A DNA stretch of 63,878 nucleotides, the filler included, from Octopus bimaculoides (taxonomy: Eukaryota), in assembly GCF_001194135.2 (NCBI RefSeq). It is 7 parts of 7 records of this genome, joined end to end, with 100 filler letters (N's around TTAATTAATTAA, not from the genome) between each part and the next. Parts side by side here need not be neighbours in the genome. Positions count along the whole stretch, not along the records: positions 14,064 to 44,885 come from NC_068990.1; 6 more parts are not named here. One strand, 5' to 3'. Below the pieces are notes generated by a model. It was given only the letters and a program-made list of their open reading frames with translations, had not been told where the DNA came from and did not search any database. Shown here in pieces: positions 14,020 through 25,257 of this stretch; the first letter of the stretch is position 1, and each line of letters begins with the position of its first letter. A program made the position numbers and the translations under genes.

Positions 14020-14337
14020 NNNNNNNNNNNNNNNNNNNNNNNNNNNNNNNNNNNNNNNNNNNNTATATATATATGATAAAGTGGAAACCGCAACATGGCT
14101 GTTGATTTTGAGATCGTGGCTTCGATTGCCGGTCCAGCAGGTACTTCTCTTCTCGTTGTTCCCACTCACTCAGCTATAAAGTACTAGCAATTGTAGTTTA
14201 ACCCTGCGGTACCCTCGTGTCCCATTCACAGTTGCGTTATAGTGACTGTGGTGCACTCTCGGGCTGGTAAGACCCTGACATAATGTTCTTGTAGGCTCAT
14301 CAAAGAGCTTTTCATCTAATATATGTGTATTTATGTG

Positions 14338-14414
<77 letters not shown>

Positions 14415-15014
14415 ATACAAATGAGGTTTAAAATTAATGGCAGCTATTTCGGCTGAACTTTATTGATGTATTGGATATTCAATGCTGTTTGTTGCATATG
14501 CCATCATCAATGTTTTACCTGACATGGTTATACCTGTTTGAAATTTTGCCTGAAGATGATGTGTTCTTTTTTATTCCTACGTCGCACTAGAAACCAACCC
14601 TGAGTCGGATCTACGGTTATAACTTGATTTGGCCCTTACATATCTACATACCTGTAGTATCCTGACAAAATATAATACCTTCATGGTTGTTTAACTCACT
14701 GTGAACCATATTTTATTTTACCTAGCCAATTCTGGTGTCCTACATGTTGATAGGTCTAGATTCTAATGAAGCCTATAACTAATTTATACATACATACATA
14801 CATACATACATACATACATACATACATACATACATACATACATACATACATGCTTACAAGCATGCATACAAAAATATCCTATTGGTGATGTTGAAATTCC
14901 AATGAAGGAGCTGTGGATCTAGGTTAGAAACCGATTCTTTCTCTATAGGCAAGAAATCTTGAAATAAACTGAATAATGACATACATACATATGTATACAC
15001 TATATAGAGATATA

Positions 15015-15084
<70 letters not shown>

Positions 15085-15943
15085 AAAGAGGGAGAGAGAG
15101 TGGCAGTTATATACCTATATACAATCACGCGCTCTCACAAATATACCCACATACACAAAGACAAACACAAGCAGTAGCTGCCATGTGCCTTCTTCCAACA
15201 ATATCCAGCTGTATTATCCAGCTCTTTATAGATACGTTAAGCGCTTTCAAGTAATCATACATTCACAAACTTGTGCATACATTTTTATATGCACTCTCAC
15301 ACACACGCAGACGCACTTAATGTTTCATATATTATCATTGCCACATGTAGCCTTCTGTAGATAGTTTATATCTGCAATCTGAAATCAAATTGGCGGACAA
15401 GTTATGCAGCTGGTGGAACAAAAAGGGTTGTTTTTTGTTTTACTTTTGTTTTGTTTCTCATATATCCTCTAAATACTTATGTTTATAGTTTAATATTAAT
15501 TATAGTAGATGCCATAAACAGCAATTTGAGGCGGAACATGCCTCACATCCGCTGATAGGGCGAAAACCATATATTTTTATCTTGTTTAATATCACTTTTG
15601 TATACTTAGTTTTGTATTTTACCAGTATTTTGAACATAGAAAGTTTATTATGTAGTACACACCAATGAACAACACAACCTCTCACGTAGTCATGGATAGT
15701 GTGCGATCCACTTATCACGTGCGGTCAATTTGGCTTATTATATGACAACACTTGAATATGATCCGACTAAAGCACATACAATAATTTAATAGATTTTTTT
15801 TTCTTTTAGTTTGATTTATCATGAGCAATATTTCAATTTCGTTCTGCTGGTCAAAAAAATTGTTGACTATGCAGAGTCTAAAGGATAAAATATAGTAACT
15901 AATGTACTAGTAAATGGTAAGATTCCTGATGGTAAGGACAATA

Positions 15944-16167
15944 TAGCAATCTCTCGCCATATCACGGTTCACCTATCGCGGTTTCTTATTTAAGCTTACA
16001 TCGATTCCTCCGTGGGGTTGTTATGCATTTATACTAAAACAAATATAAACAAATTATGAAAATAATAAAAATATATATATATAATACAGTACTATTTCTA
16101 CTTCGCAGATTTTCACCTATCGCGGTAGGGTTTGGAACGTAACACCCGGACAGTCGAAGGATTATTG
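15944..16167. mobile_element. pogo/Tigger-type MITE
   Basis: TA flanks; degenerate CAGTAATCCCTCG-type termini (TAGCAATCTCTCG / CGAAGGATTATTG); internal repeated TTCACCTATCGCGG. Confidence 0.65.
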
Positions 16168-16708
16168 TATAACGTACCAAGGTTGTTGGCAGAGTAATAA
16201 ATTACGTTTAAATGAATCATCATCATCCCATCCCCACCACCACCACCATCACCATCGCAACCATCACCACCTCCACCATCATCATCCTCTCCAACCACCA
16301 CGACCACGACCATTATCATCATCATCATTACCGCCACCACTACCATTATTATTTTCATCATCAACCTCATTACTGCAGTCGTCATGATTTACATTATCAG
16401 TCGATTACACTTGCACCAACGAGATGACCCGCGCGTGTCACATTATCCTGTTCATGGTTCAAATCATCGGTGTTCTAAATCAACCAGCAGTCACGACTCC
16501 ACTGTTCGTTTACTGTCAGTGTCGTAATCATTTCCATCGTAGTTTTGGAAGGACACCTATAGTTCAACATCCTATGATAACTTAAATGTAGAAAAATCTG
16601 AACGTCTTAAGCACCCCCAATAAGTTATTGTTGTCCTGCTATTATCTCTTAAAACGAAACATAATGTAATGGAGATATTGTTCCAGATTATTATCTTAGA
16701 CCTTACAA

Positions 16709-17107
16709 AAGCAGGGAACTGGCAGAATAATTAGCATGCGGAATAAGATGCTTGACGGTATTTTTTCAGGCTTTACATTCTGGGTTCAAATTTTGACGAA
16801 GTCGACTTTGCCCCTCATTCTTTCGGAGTCGATAAATAATCACCAGTTGAGCAATAGGATCGATGTAATCGGCTAGCTCATTACACAAAAATTTCAGGCC
16901 TTGTGTCTATAGTAGAAAAGATTATTATTAAAGGCGGTGAGGTGGCAGAATCGTTAGCACGTCGGAAAAATGTTTAGCGACATTTCCTCTGTGAGTCAAC
17001 TTTACCTTTCATCCTTTCAGCGTCGATAAAATAAATACCAGTTAAGCTCTAGGCTCAATGAAATCGACTATCTCCTCCCCGGAATTTTAGGCCTTGTGCC
17101 TATAGTT
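16709..17107 (+). mobile_element. Two tandem tRNA-derived SINE copies separated by an (ATT)n tail
   Basis: Heads at about 16709 and 16931, each with A/B boxes and AGGCCTTGTG(T/C)CTATAG tail. Confidence 0.85.
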
Positions 17108-17697
17108 CAATAGATTGTCCTACGATTCGCTCTTATTTTCATCTTATTAACGCCTTGTAAACATAATTAGACAGATGTTCAAAACTTGTTTGTGAACACA
17201 GTTTAATCCTCCTCGTGAATTTTTATTAAATATCAAAATATCAAGAGCAATAAGAATTCCTCATTATCAAAATCAATCTTTATTCATTATCTTTTATCTT
17301 CTAGTTTGGAAATGGGGAAAATGAAAGTGCTTCGCTCGTATTTCCTTTTAACAGCATTAAACCATGTGTAGCCGAAAATAACAAAGCCATTAAAGGATTT
17401 TAAGTCACTATCATGTAACTCTGTGTGTGTGTGTGTATGTTTGTGCATGTGTGTGTGTGTGTGTGCGTGTATGTGTGTGTGTGTGTGGTAAATGTAATGT
17501 AATTTTCTAGATATTTATTGGTTGTGATATATATGTTACATCGAGCGTTACTTTTGAATTTACAAAAGGAAACAGCACACACATACACAAACACACATAC
17601 ACATACACATACACGTACGCACACACGTACGCACATACACACACGTGCACTCACACCCGCATAAATATATGTGTATGTCTGCATATAATTAAGTATA

Positions 17698-17783
17698 GAA
17701 GAAGAAGAAGAAGAAGAAGAAGAAGAAGAAGAAGAAGAAGAAGAAGAAGAAGAAGAAGAAGAAGAAGAAGAAGAAGAAGAAGA
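17698..17783. repeat. (GAA)n microsatellite
   Basis: Directly visible; a second array is at 41824-41896. Confidence 0.98.
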
Positions 17784-18404
17784 TCAGCAACAACCGAAGA
17801 CCTTCATATTCATGTTGTGTGCACAAAGCAAGTTAAACATGGCTGTAAACGTCCCTTTCGAAGACTAATATCAATAATCAATAAACCTCTTGACTTGGAA
17901 GCCAATAAAAGCAAAGGTATACTTCTACGAGACTTTGGTCAGTTCTCATAGAGGGTCTTCGCTTCACCTTTATCGCAGTAGATCAAAGAAGATATAATGT
18001 CGATATCTGATACCTAACAGCTATTGCTCTTTGCAAAAATGAATGGTGTTATCGGTCTTTTACTACAAATATTCAGAATTCTATGGTGGTTTGCACGATT
18101 TATTGAGGTACTTGTTTTATTTTTTAATCAGTGTTAAAGTCAGTGGGGGAAGGCAGCGCGATTGGCCATTTGTAGGGCAACCAAGTTTTGTAGGAGAGTG
18201 GGTGGGAACTATCCTTAAACCGGAGACATGATCCGAACTCTAGCAACAACAGAGTGGGTTTTGATAAAGGTTCTCAAGGTGTCCGGTGATCGTGTTAAGC
18301 CGGATGACGGATTAAGACTACGAGTCATTTAGGCTATGGTGGATATTCATCTCAAAACTCAAACAGCTGAAACAAATAACGCAATGTGTCGGATGTCCAA
18401 ACAA

Positions 18405-18545
18405 CTGTATTGGGTTGGTAATACATTTTATCGACCCCGAAAAGGTGAAAGCCAGTGTTGACTTCGATAAGATTTGAACTCAGAACGTAGGTGTCGGATT
18501 AAATACCACGAGGAATTCTATCCGATTTCTCATGCCTCTAACGTT
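18405..18545 (-). mobile_element. Degraded tRNA-derived SINE
   Basis: TTTTATCGACCCCGAAAAGGTGAAAG...GATTTGAACTCAGAACG. Confidence 0.7.
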
Positions 18546-18729
18546 TCTTCACCAGAAAGTAATCAACTTCTCAGTTCGATTAATAAATCTGTAAAATCTT
18601 AATTTCCTACTAATTTTCATTCCTTTATATTCAGCTTCCACTCGGCCAGATTTGACCAGCAGCCATAGTTGCTATACAGGGCTTGAAGTAATAGATTGCA
18701 ATAGATTGCAATAGACTGCACTCTACAAT

Positions 18730-18769
<40 letters not shown>

Positions 18770-18941
18770 TTGAACTGGTAATAAGTTTGTATTTATACAT
18801 ATCACTGCTTTGCGTTGTCGATGAGTTTATGGTGAGTCGTTTATTGTGAGCCGCCGATTAGCGAAAACTGTTATTGCACAAAGGCGAGAATATCATAGAG
18901 AGACACTCTCATGTCATCTCACTTCGCACCCTATCCGGTTT

Positions 18942-18989
18942 CTGTGTCTGAAGAGGAAACAACCACTCCGAAATGCATGCATCACACAG
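18942..18989 (+). ncRNA. Type I minimal hammerhead ribozyme (PLE/retrozyme type)
   Basis: CTGTGT (stem I) - CTGAAGA - GGA aacaaccac TCC (stem II) - GAAA - palindromic TGCATGCA (stem III) - TC - ACACAG (stem I). All core nucleotides present; predicted cleavage after C18983. Confidence 0.85.
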
Positions 18990-19175
18990 TCTGGTTAGAT
19001 GAGCTATGCGATGATTTGGTGTATTTACACCCATCTGTCTACAGCGACAAATTTTCTCTATAACAAAACACAGAGAATGGCTTTCTTACGGGTTCGAATA
19101 TGCCTCACGCATATTTGAACTGGTAACAAGTTTGTATTTATACTCTTCACTACTTAGTGCTGCTACCCTGTATAT

Positions 19176-19235
<60 letters not shown>

Positions 19236-19607
19236 ATGCGTGCGCGTGTACATGTATGTATGTATGTATGTATGTATAGATAGATAGATAGATAGAGAGA
19301 TAGATAGATAGAGAGATAGATAGATAGATAGGCTTAAAACAATCTTATATCATACATTTTGTGGTCATTTTAAAGAAATTGATCTATGCTGCTATCCCTC
19401 CTAAATAACAATTTCAAATTAGGTGGATAGAGAAGATTGGTAAAACCTTATAGTTTTACTGTTGTACTACTGCTACTACTGTTGTTTATTTGTTGTTGTT
19501 TCTAAATGTTGTTTAATTCAAAGTCGGCTCTGAACGAAGAGACCTACGATAAAAAGCTTTTCAGCCATAACCATCTCATTTTGTTTTTTAGTATCTAGCA
19601 CTACAAT

Positions 19608-19758
19608 AAGGCAGTGAGCTGCTAATATCGTTAGCAGGCAGGACAAAATGCCTTTCATCATTTCAGGGTCGATAAAGTAAGTACCGATTGAGCACTGGAG
19701 TCGATACAATTGACTTACGCCCTCCCCCAAAATTGCGGCCTTGTTCCCAAAATTTGAA
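19608..19758 (+). mobile_element. tRNA-derived SINE copy (internally deleted)
   Basis: AAGGCAGTGAGCTG...GCCTTTCATCATTTCAGGGTCGATAAA...GCGGCCTTGTTCC. Confidence 0.75.
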
Positions 19759-20191
19759 AGCTATATCTAGAACAACAATTTCGAACGTTGTCATTTTTCA
19801 ATATGAACCATTATACGAAAACAAAATGAAGTTGTAGATGAAGGAATCTTCAGGATTAAAGGACTTTAAAGAACTTCACAACTTCATAATGTTATTTCTT
19901 GTAATAGATTCTGTACATCCTAAATACCGATGATGCCTGTGGTTGTGACATTTCCTAAAATTACTGTGAAACCGGATATGATTTTCCAAAGAATTTGTCT
20001 ACGCTGGCAATTTCTCATTAGACATCCGCGATTTGGTTGGTTCTATTTTGTTTGGCAGGACAGCTGAAACATATCACACCACAAATAAGAATCACTACAT
20101 AACCCATCATGTTTGTGTATGCATATGTATATGCATATATGTGTGTGTATGTGTGTGTGCGTGCGTATGTGTGTGTGCGTGTGTACGTACA

Positions 20192-20254
<63 letters not shown>

Positions 20255-21254
20255 ATAACTGATATTTTGGATTTATCAATTCGTTTTGCGAAATTCCTGA
20301 TGTGAAATCGTGTGTTGAAACAGATATTGTTGTACTTCGGGATAGTCATTTTATTTATTATAATTTTTTTTTCTTGCTAAATATACACACTCACTAATAA
20401 CTTGGACTAATAGGTATAAGTCAATTAGTGTGTTTAAGTTTTGAGTAGTGTGTTTAAGTTTGTGCTACCTGTTGTTAACCGCAATCGTGGCATATTTCCA
20501 TTGGATCTACTTCAGAAACTCCGCAGTGTCAGTTGGGGTAATTATATAAGTAAGTAACGAGATGGATTTGCTATTAAACTTTATTCTCTACAACTTTTCT
20601 ACCCTTCCTGCTATTGTCCCTTATGCTATGGGACTCAGTTCAACAGGTTGTGTTGCATCCATTTTGCAGTCTGGGTTTTATCAGGTACATCCATATATAA
20701 AGCTGTGTCTCACTAAATATCTTGAGTGTCGGCTTCCATGTTGTAATATGCCAGCATAGTTAGGGAATGAAAGAAATGCAAACAAGACTGCAGAAACGCA
20801 AAAATTCAAATATGGACATGGAAATCTTGCGTCCCTGTTTAGATAAAATGGCCTAATCAGCTTTCGCTTTCATAACTGCTTAGAGGGAAAAGAAAGTAGA
20901 AGAAAAGAGCGAAGAAAGAAAAAATAGGAAAAACAGGAAAACATATTTTGTACAGCCACACATACATATCCTACACACGTTGATACATACACTCTCACAC
21001 ACATACGTCCACTCGCACACTTTCAGTCTCGCGATCCTGTTAGCTGCTAGAGGGCGGTAGGGGTTCGCTCCCTGCTGGCAATGTATTGTATATAAAGGGT
21101 GCAGAGTGTCGCACAGATAACCAGCTGGCGAAGAATCTGCATGGGGTTAAATTAGTAGTAACATTCAACAGCTACTTTGATGTGGCGACTAGCTTTACTG
21201 TTTGGTATAGTAACTGCACAATCTCTTCTTGAGATTTTACAACTAGCTATTTTG

Positions 21255-21298
<44 letters not shown>

Positions 21299-21302
<4 letters not shown>

Positions 21303-21610
21303 CAAAATGAGATAAAAAAATCCAAGGTTATGAAAGATTTCAGAACATTTATAAAGAGAAGGTCTTACAGCTGTTTCCGGGATATTTTATATATCCCTTC
21401 ATCAGAGACGATGCGAGAAAATGGATAAGCAATAGTTATTAGAAAGAAGATATGAAAAACAGAGTGAAGTGGAGGAAAGAAAGCAGAAGTGAGATACGTA
21501 AGGATATTGTATCTGCAGTTCCATAATTTGAGCAGAATGGTGTATATATAAGTTTTCTGTACCTTCTGAAATCTTTCATAGCCTTGGATTTTTTTATCTC
21601 ATTCTGTTAA
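21299..21610 (-). mobile_element. Short non-autonomous element with 47-bp inverted termini carrying a hammerhead ribozyme (PLE-derived)
   Basis: 21299-21345 and 21564-21610 are reverse complements with 2 mismatches, with TTAA at both outer ends; hammerhead at 21362-21409. Confidence 0.75.
21362..21409 (-). ncRNA. Type I hammerhead ribozyme motif
   Basis: Minus strand: GTCT - CTGATGA - a GGGATAT ataaa ATATCCC g - GAAA - palindromic CAGCTG - TA - AGAC. The extra A/G flanking stem II is non-canonical. Confidence 0.7.
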
Positions 21611-22169
21611 TATTTTTATATATATGCATACTAATATATAACCTACGTTGGACTCCTCATTCGTATCATTATTGAACCTGGAGCTTAACTATGGTCTATC
21701 CATAGCACTTACTCAGCATTACCTGACACCTTTGGGTCTTCTTGACACCATTACCTCTCATAACCTATATATATATATATATATATTACAGGCATAAACA
21801 CAGATATACATATACGTACACGCGCTCACAGCTACATATACCTTCTTACACACACGGGCACGCACACACACATGCAGGCACACGCGCGCACCTACGTATA
21901 CATATGCAACACCCACACATACAAATACATGCGCATACGTATATCTGTAAACGCACACATACACACACACACACACACACGTATGTACTTATGTACTTAT
22001 GCGCCCGTCCCTCAAGCCTGCTAGTATTTGCTAGTTCTATGCAGCTGCATTGTAAGGTTACACATCTAAATACAAGTAGCGTTCTCATTCGATCTTTCCT
22101 TGATATAGGTTCCATGGCTGCAATTCACGTGGTTTTAACTCGAGGGTGGAAATAATCCTTGTCGATGTT

Positions 22170-23010
22170 ATGGTTTGTATCGGTTAGGTGTGGTTACGTT
22201 GTAGTGTGTGAACGTGTATTTGGCTGTATGCATCTGGGTAGTCGTTCTGTAAATCTGTTTATAATCCGCCCCTTTGTTAATAATATTCACAGTGACTCCT
22301 CAGAACATAGCTGGCATTTCCGGGATAGTGTACTATAGGGACTCGCGTGTCTAATTATTAACCTGGTCAGGTCGTATTTTGCCTCCTCTTTCTAGAGTCG
22401 CCAGACGAAATTGGCCAGTGATGTTGCATGCCGTTTAAGGATTTTTCGAAAGCTGGCGATGTGGTTACAATACTGATTTTCGAAAATATCGGCCGATGCA
22501 CCGATATATACGGTGCACTTGTACATCACGGTGCACTTGTACATCACATTTCGGGTCTGGAATTGGTTGTCCAGGGGACATTTCGATCGGTTCCTGCATG
22601 AGTATAGTAGGTAAGTATTTTTGTTTGCATGTGTGCAGCCAGTACCAGTTCAATCGGGTTTTTTTATATTCGTGCTCGTGGTTAGTCTATTATTATTTTT
22701 GTTATTTATGGGTGTGTTTATGTTGTTTGAGTTGTTGTGGCTGTCATGTGTTAGTTAGTGTAGTTGTTGCGGTTGTTTTTTCTCGGTTGGTTAGTATTAT
22801 TTTTCGAATCATTGTTAGCCTGATGCGTTATGTAGTTGGTATTTGCATTGTCTCAAGAGTTGTTACATGTATCACGATCAATTTTTGAGAGCCTATTTTC
22901 AGTGGTGTTAGCACGCTGTCTTAGTTTTCGACTATTAATCCTATGAAAGTGGTACTTTATATTTGATAAGTTTGCATATGACAGTTTTACAGCGTGCTGG
23001 TTCAATCGTT
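22170..23010 (-). mobile_element. Penelope-like element remnant (GIY-YIG endonuclease region)
   Basis: Minus-strand translation VYIGASADIFENQYCNHIASFR, then HATSLANFVWRL and ASPYSTLSRKCQLCSEESL. An 18-bp tandem duplication at 22511-22546 lies just upstream of YIG. Confidence 0.8.
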
Positions 23011-23371
23011 TGCTGTACGCGCCGTTTTTAAAGAAGCAGCGATCGAGTGAAGCGTAGAATTTTTTCGCGATCCTGGATGAGATGTTGGAGTCCCACCTGA
23101 GTTAAAACTTCATGAACAGCAACCATGGAACCCATGCCAAAGAGGGACGGCATGCGAACGCTACATTTATTTAGACTTGTAACCTTACAATGCAGCTGCG
23201 TATAAGTAAAATGTGCCAACAAATACTAGCAGGCTTGAGGGGCGAGCGGCGAAGTGGAGTTGCATAGATCTAAACGGGAACACAGGTTTGTGTATATGTG
23301 TGTGTAAGTACATACGTGTGTGCATGTATAGATATATGTATATATGAGTGTGCCTCTGTGTGTGTGTGTGT

Positions 23372-23406
<35 letters not shown>

Positions 23407-24012
23407 TATAAGCATGTATGTGTATGTGTGGGTGTCACACATATATATGTGTAGGTGTGTGTATGTGCCTGCGTGTGTGTGTGTGTATGTGCCTGCGGGC
23501 GTGTGTGTATGCTCGTGTTTGTAGGAAGGTATATGTAGATGTGAGCGTATATATATATATATATATATATATAGCTGTGTGTATGTATGTAAACATATAT
23601 ATATACGTATAGACAAGTGTGCGAGCGGGCGTATGTGTGTGTTGTGTGAGTGCATGTATCAACGTGTGTAGGATATAAATGTGTGTGTGTGTTTCTGTCT
23701 GTGTGTAAGAGTGTACGTATATATATATATGTGTGTATGTACACAAAAATGTTTGACTAACTATTCGTTTTCCTATTTTTCCTATTTTTCTTTCTTCTTT
23801 CGTTTCTTCTTTCATTTTCTTTTCCCCTTAAAACAAGTTACGAAAGTGAATGAAAACTGATTAAGTCATTTTATCTAAACAGGAATGCAAGGTTTCCACG
23901 TTCAGATTAGAACTTTTGCGTTTCTGCAGTCCTGTTTGCATTTTTGTTTTCATTCTCTAACTAGACGGGCATATTACAACATGACAGCTGATACTCAGGA
24001 TCTTTAGTGAGG

Positions 24013-24121
24013 TAACTTTATATAGATATACCTGATGAGACCCAGACAGCAAAATGGATACAACACATGTTGAACAGAGTCCCACACATAAGGGAAAATA
24101 GAAGGACAGGTCGAAAAGTTG
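24013..24121 (+). ncRNA. Degenerate hammerhead ribozyme with extended stem II
   Basis: TAACTT|TA-TATA..ATAC-CTGATGA(24032-38)-GACC...GGTC-GAAA(24113-16)-AGTTG, followed by AATAAA. The first stem I pair is a mismatch. An inverted, more decayed partner lies near 20590-20700. Confidence 0.5.
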
Positions 24122-24164
24122 TACAGAATAAAGTTTAATACCAGCTCTAACTTCTTGTTACTCG

Positions 24165-24207
<43 letters not shown>

Positions 24208-24577
24208 CCCTTCTTGTTTATTTCACTGTCTCGTTTTCCTGTGTTTTCTGTTTGCCACATCACAAATTTCATTTAATTTGTTTTCGCGGTAAGAGCTGTT
24301 CTAACAATGCGTCCTGCTCTAACTCTTCGAAACGCTTAGTTTAGAATAGGGGCAGCTGATGAAGGAAATGTTCTCTATGTGGCCTGTTTGTTTTCTGTGC
24401 TCTGTTTATGTTCTGTTTTTCATTTTGTCCACGTTTCTTTTGTGACGTCCTGTACCCAGATATGCATCTATATATACATGTAGATGTAGGTATGTACATA
24501 CATGTACGTATATATGCATATCCTCACATATTATTTGTATTATTATATGATCGAACGCACGCGTCCTTATATATATG

Positions 24578-24627
<50 letters not shown>

Positions 24628-24863
24628 AACAAAGGTTGAGTCGTATTTCATCCTTTACTTTGTGGGGTTCCAAAGGTCGATTTCTAATAAAAATTCTTCA
24701 TATTACATTGTTAGTTTACTGTTGTAAGAATTTTTCGAATATGAAAATGCTACAAGTATATGGTGTGTTATGAGCATTTATAGAATACATATCCATAGAA
24801 GCTCAACAAACAATTAAAGATAGAGAAGAAAAGGTGTTAAAAGTTTAAAAAGAATTTAATCCA

Positions 24864-24961
24864 TGCATACGATCGTTTCGCACAGTAATGTTAACATGTG
24901 AATAACATGGTAAAAAAATTAGAAAGTGATTTAAATGCATATTACTGTTCTCCTCAGTGCG
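24864..24961 (-). ncRNA. Type I hammerhead ribozyme motif with long stem II
   Basis: Minus strand: CGCA - CTGAGGA - GAACAGTAAT...ATTACTGTGC (9/10 pairs) - GAAA - palindromic CGATCG - TA - TGCA. Predicted cleavage between 24868 and 24867. Confidence 0.75.
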
Positions 24962-25180
24962 AAAAAAGAATACATCAAAAACATTATATTGTTACAGAAC
25001 ACTGGATGGAGTGAATGTCACATAATATATTCGGATATACATAATATCCTTATGAAAAATAAAATCATGCTAAGATAATGTTATTGAGGTTAGTTGTGTA
25101 TGAACTAAAACTGATGTTATATATTGTTAAACACATGCATATTGATGTGTATATGTGTGTACATGTGTGTATATGTACAC

Positions 25181-25257
<77 letters not shown>

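Larger units (their letters stand above)
20543..24170. repeat. Large inverted repeat: left arm ~20543-21020 plus ~21770-22150, right arm ~23075-24170, around a Penelope fragment
   Basis: Manual reverse-complement alignment. CCCTCAAGCCTGCTAGTATTTG...TGCAGCTGCATTGTAAGGTTACA (22009-22065) matches 23170-23245. TTTGCGTTTCTGCAGTC, TTTTATCTAAACAGG and TATTAAACTTTATTCT are shared at the outer ends. Arms are visibly diverged (roughly 20%, estimated by eye). Confidence 0.85.

Noticed and set aside
15500-15580. Possible decayed PLE-end hammerhead (also near 2190-2225, 19925-19980, 26500-26545, 43785-43850)
   Set aside because: Core nucleotides are mutated; not supportable without a family consensus.
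24324-24370. GAAA...CTGATGA arrangement suggesting a type II hammerhead
   Set aside because: Stems I and III could not be formed convincingly.
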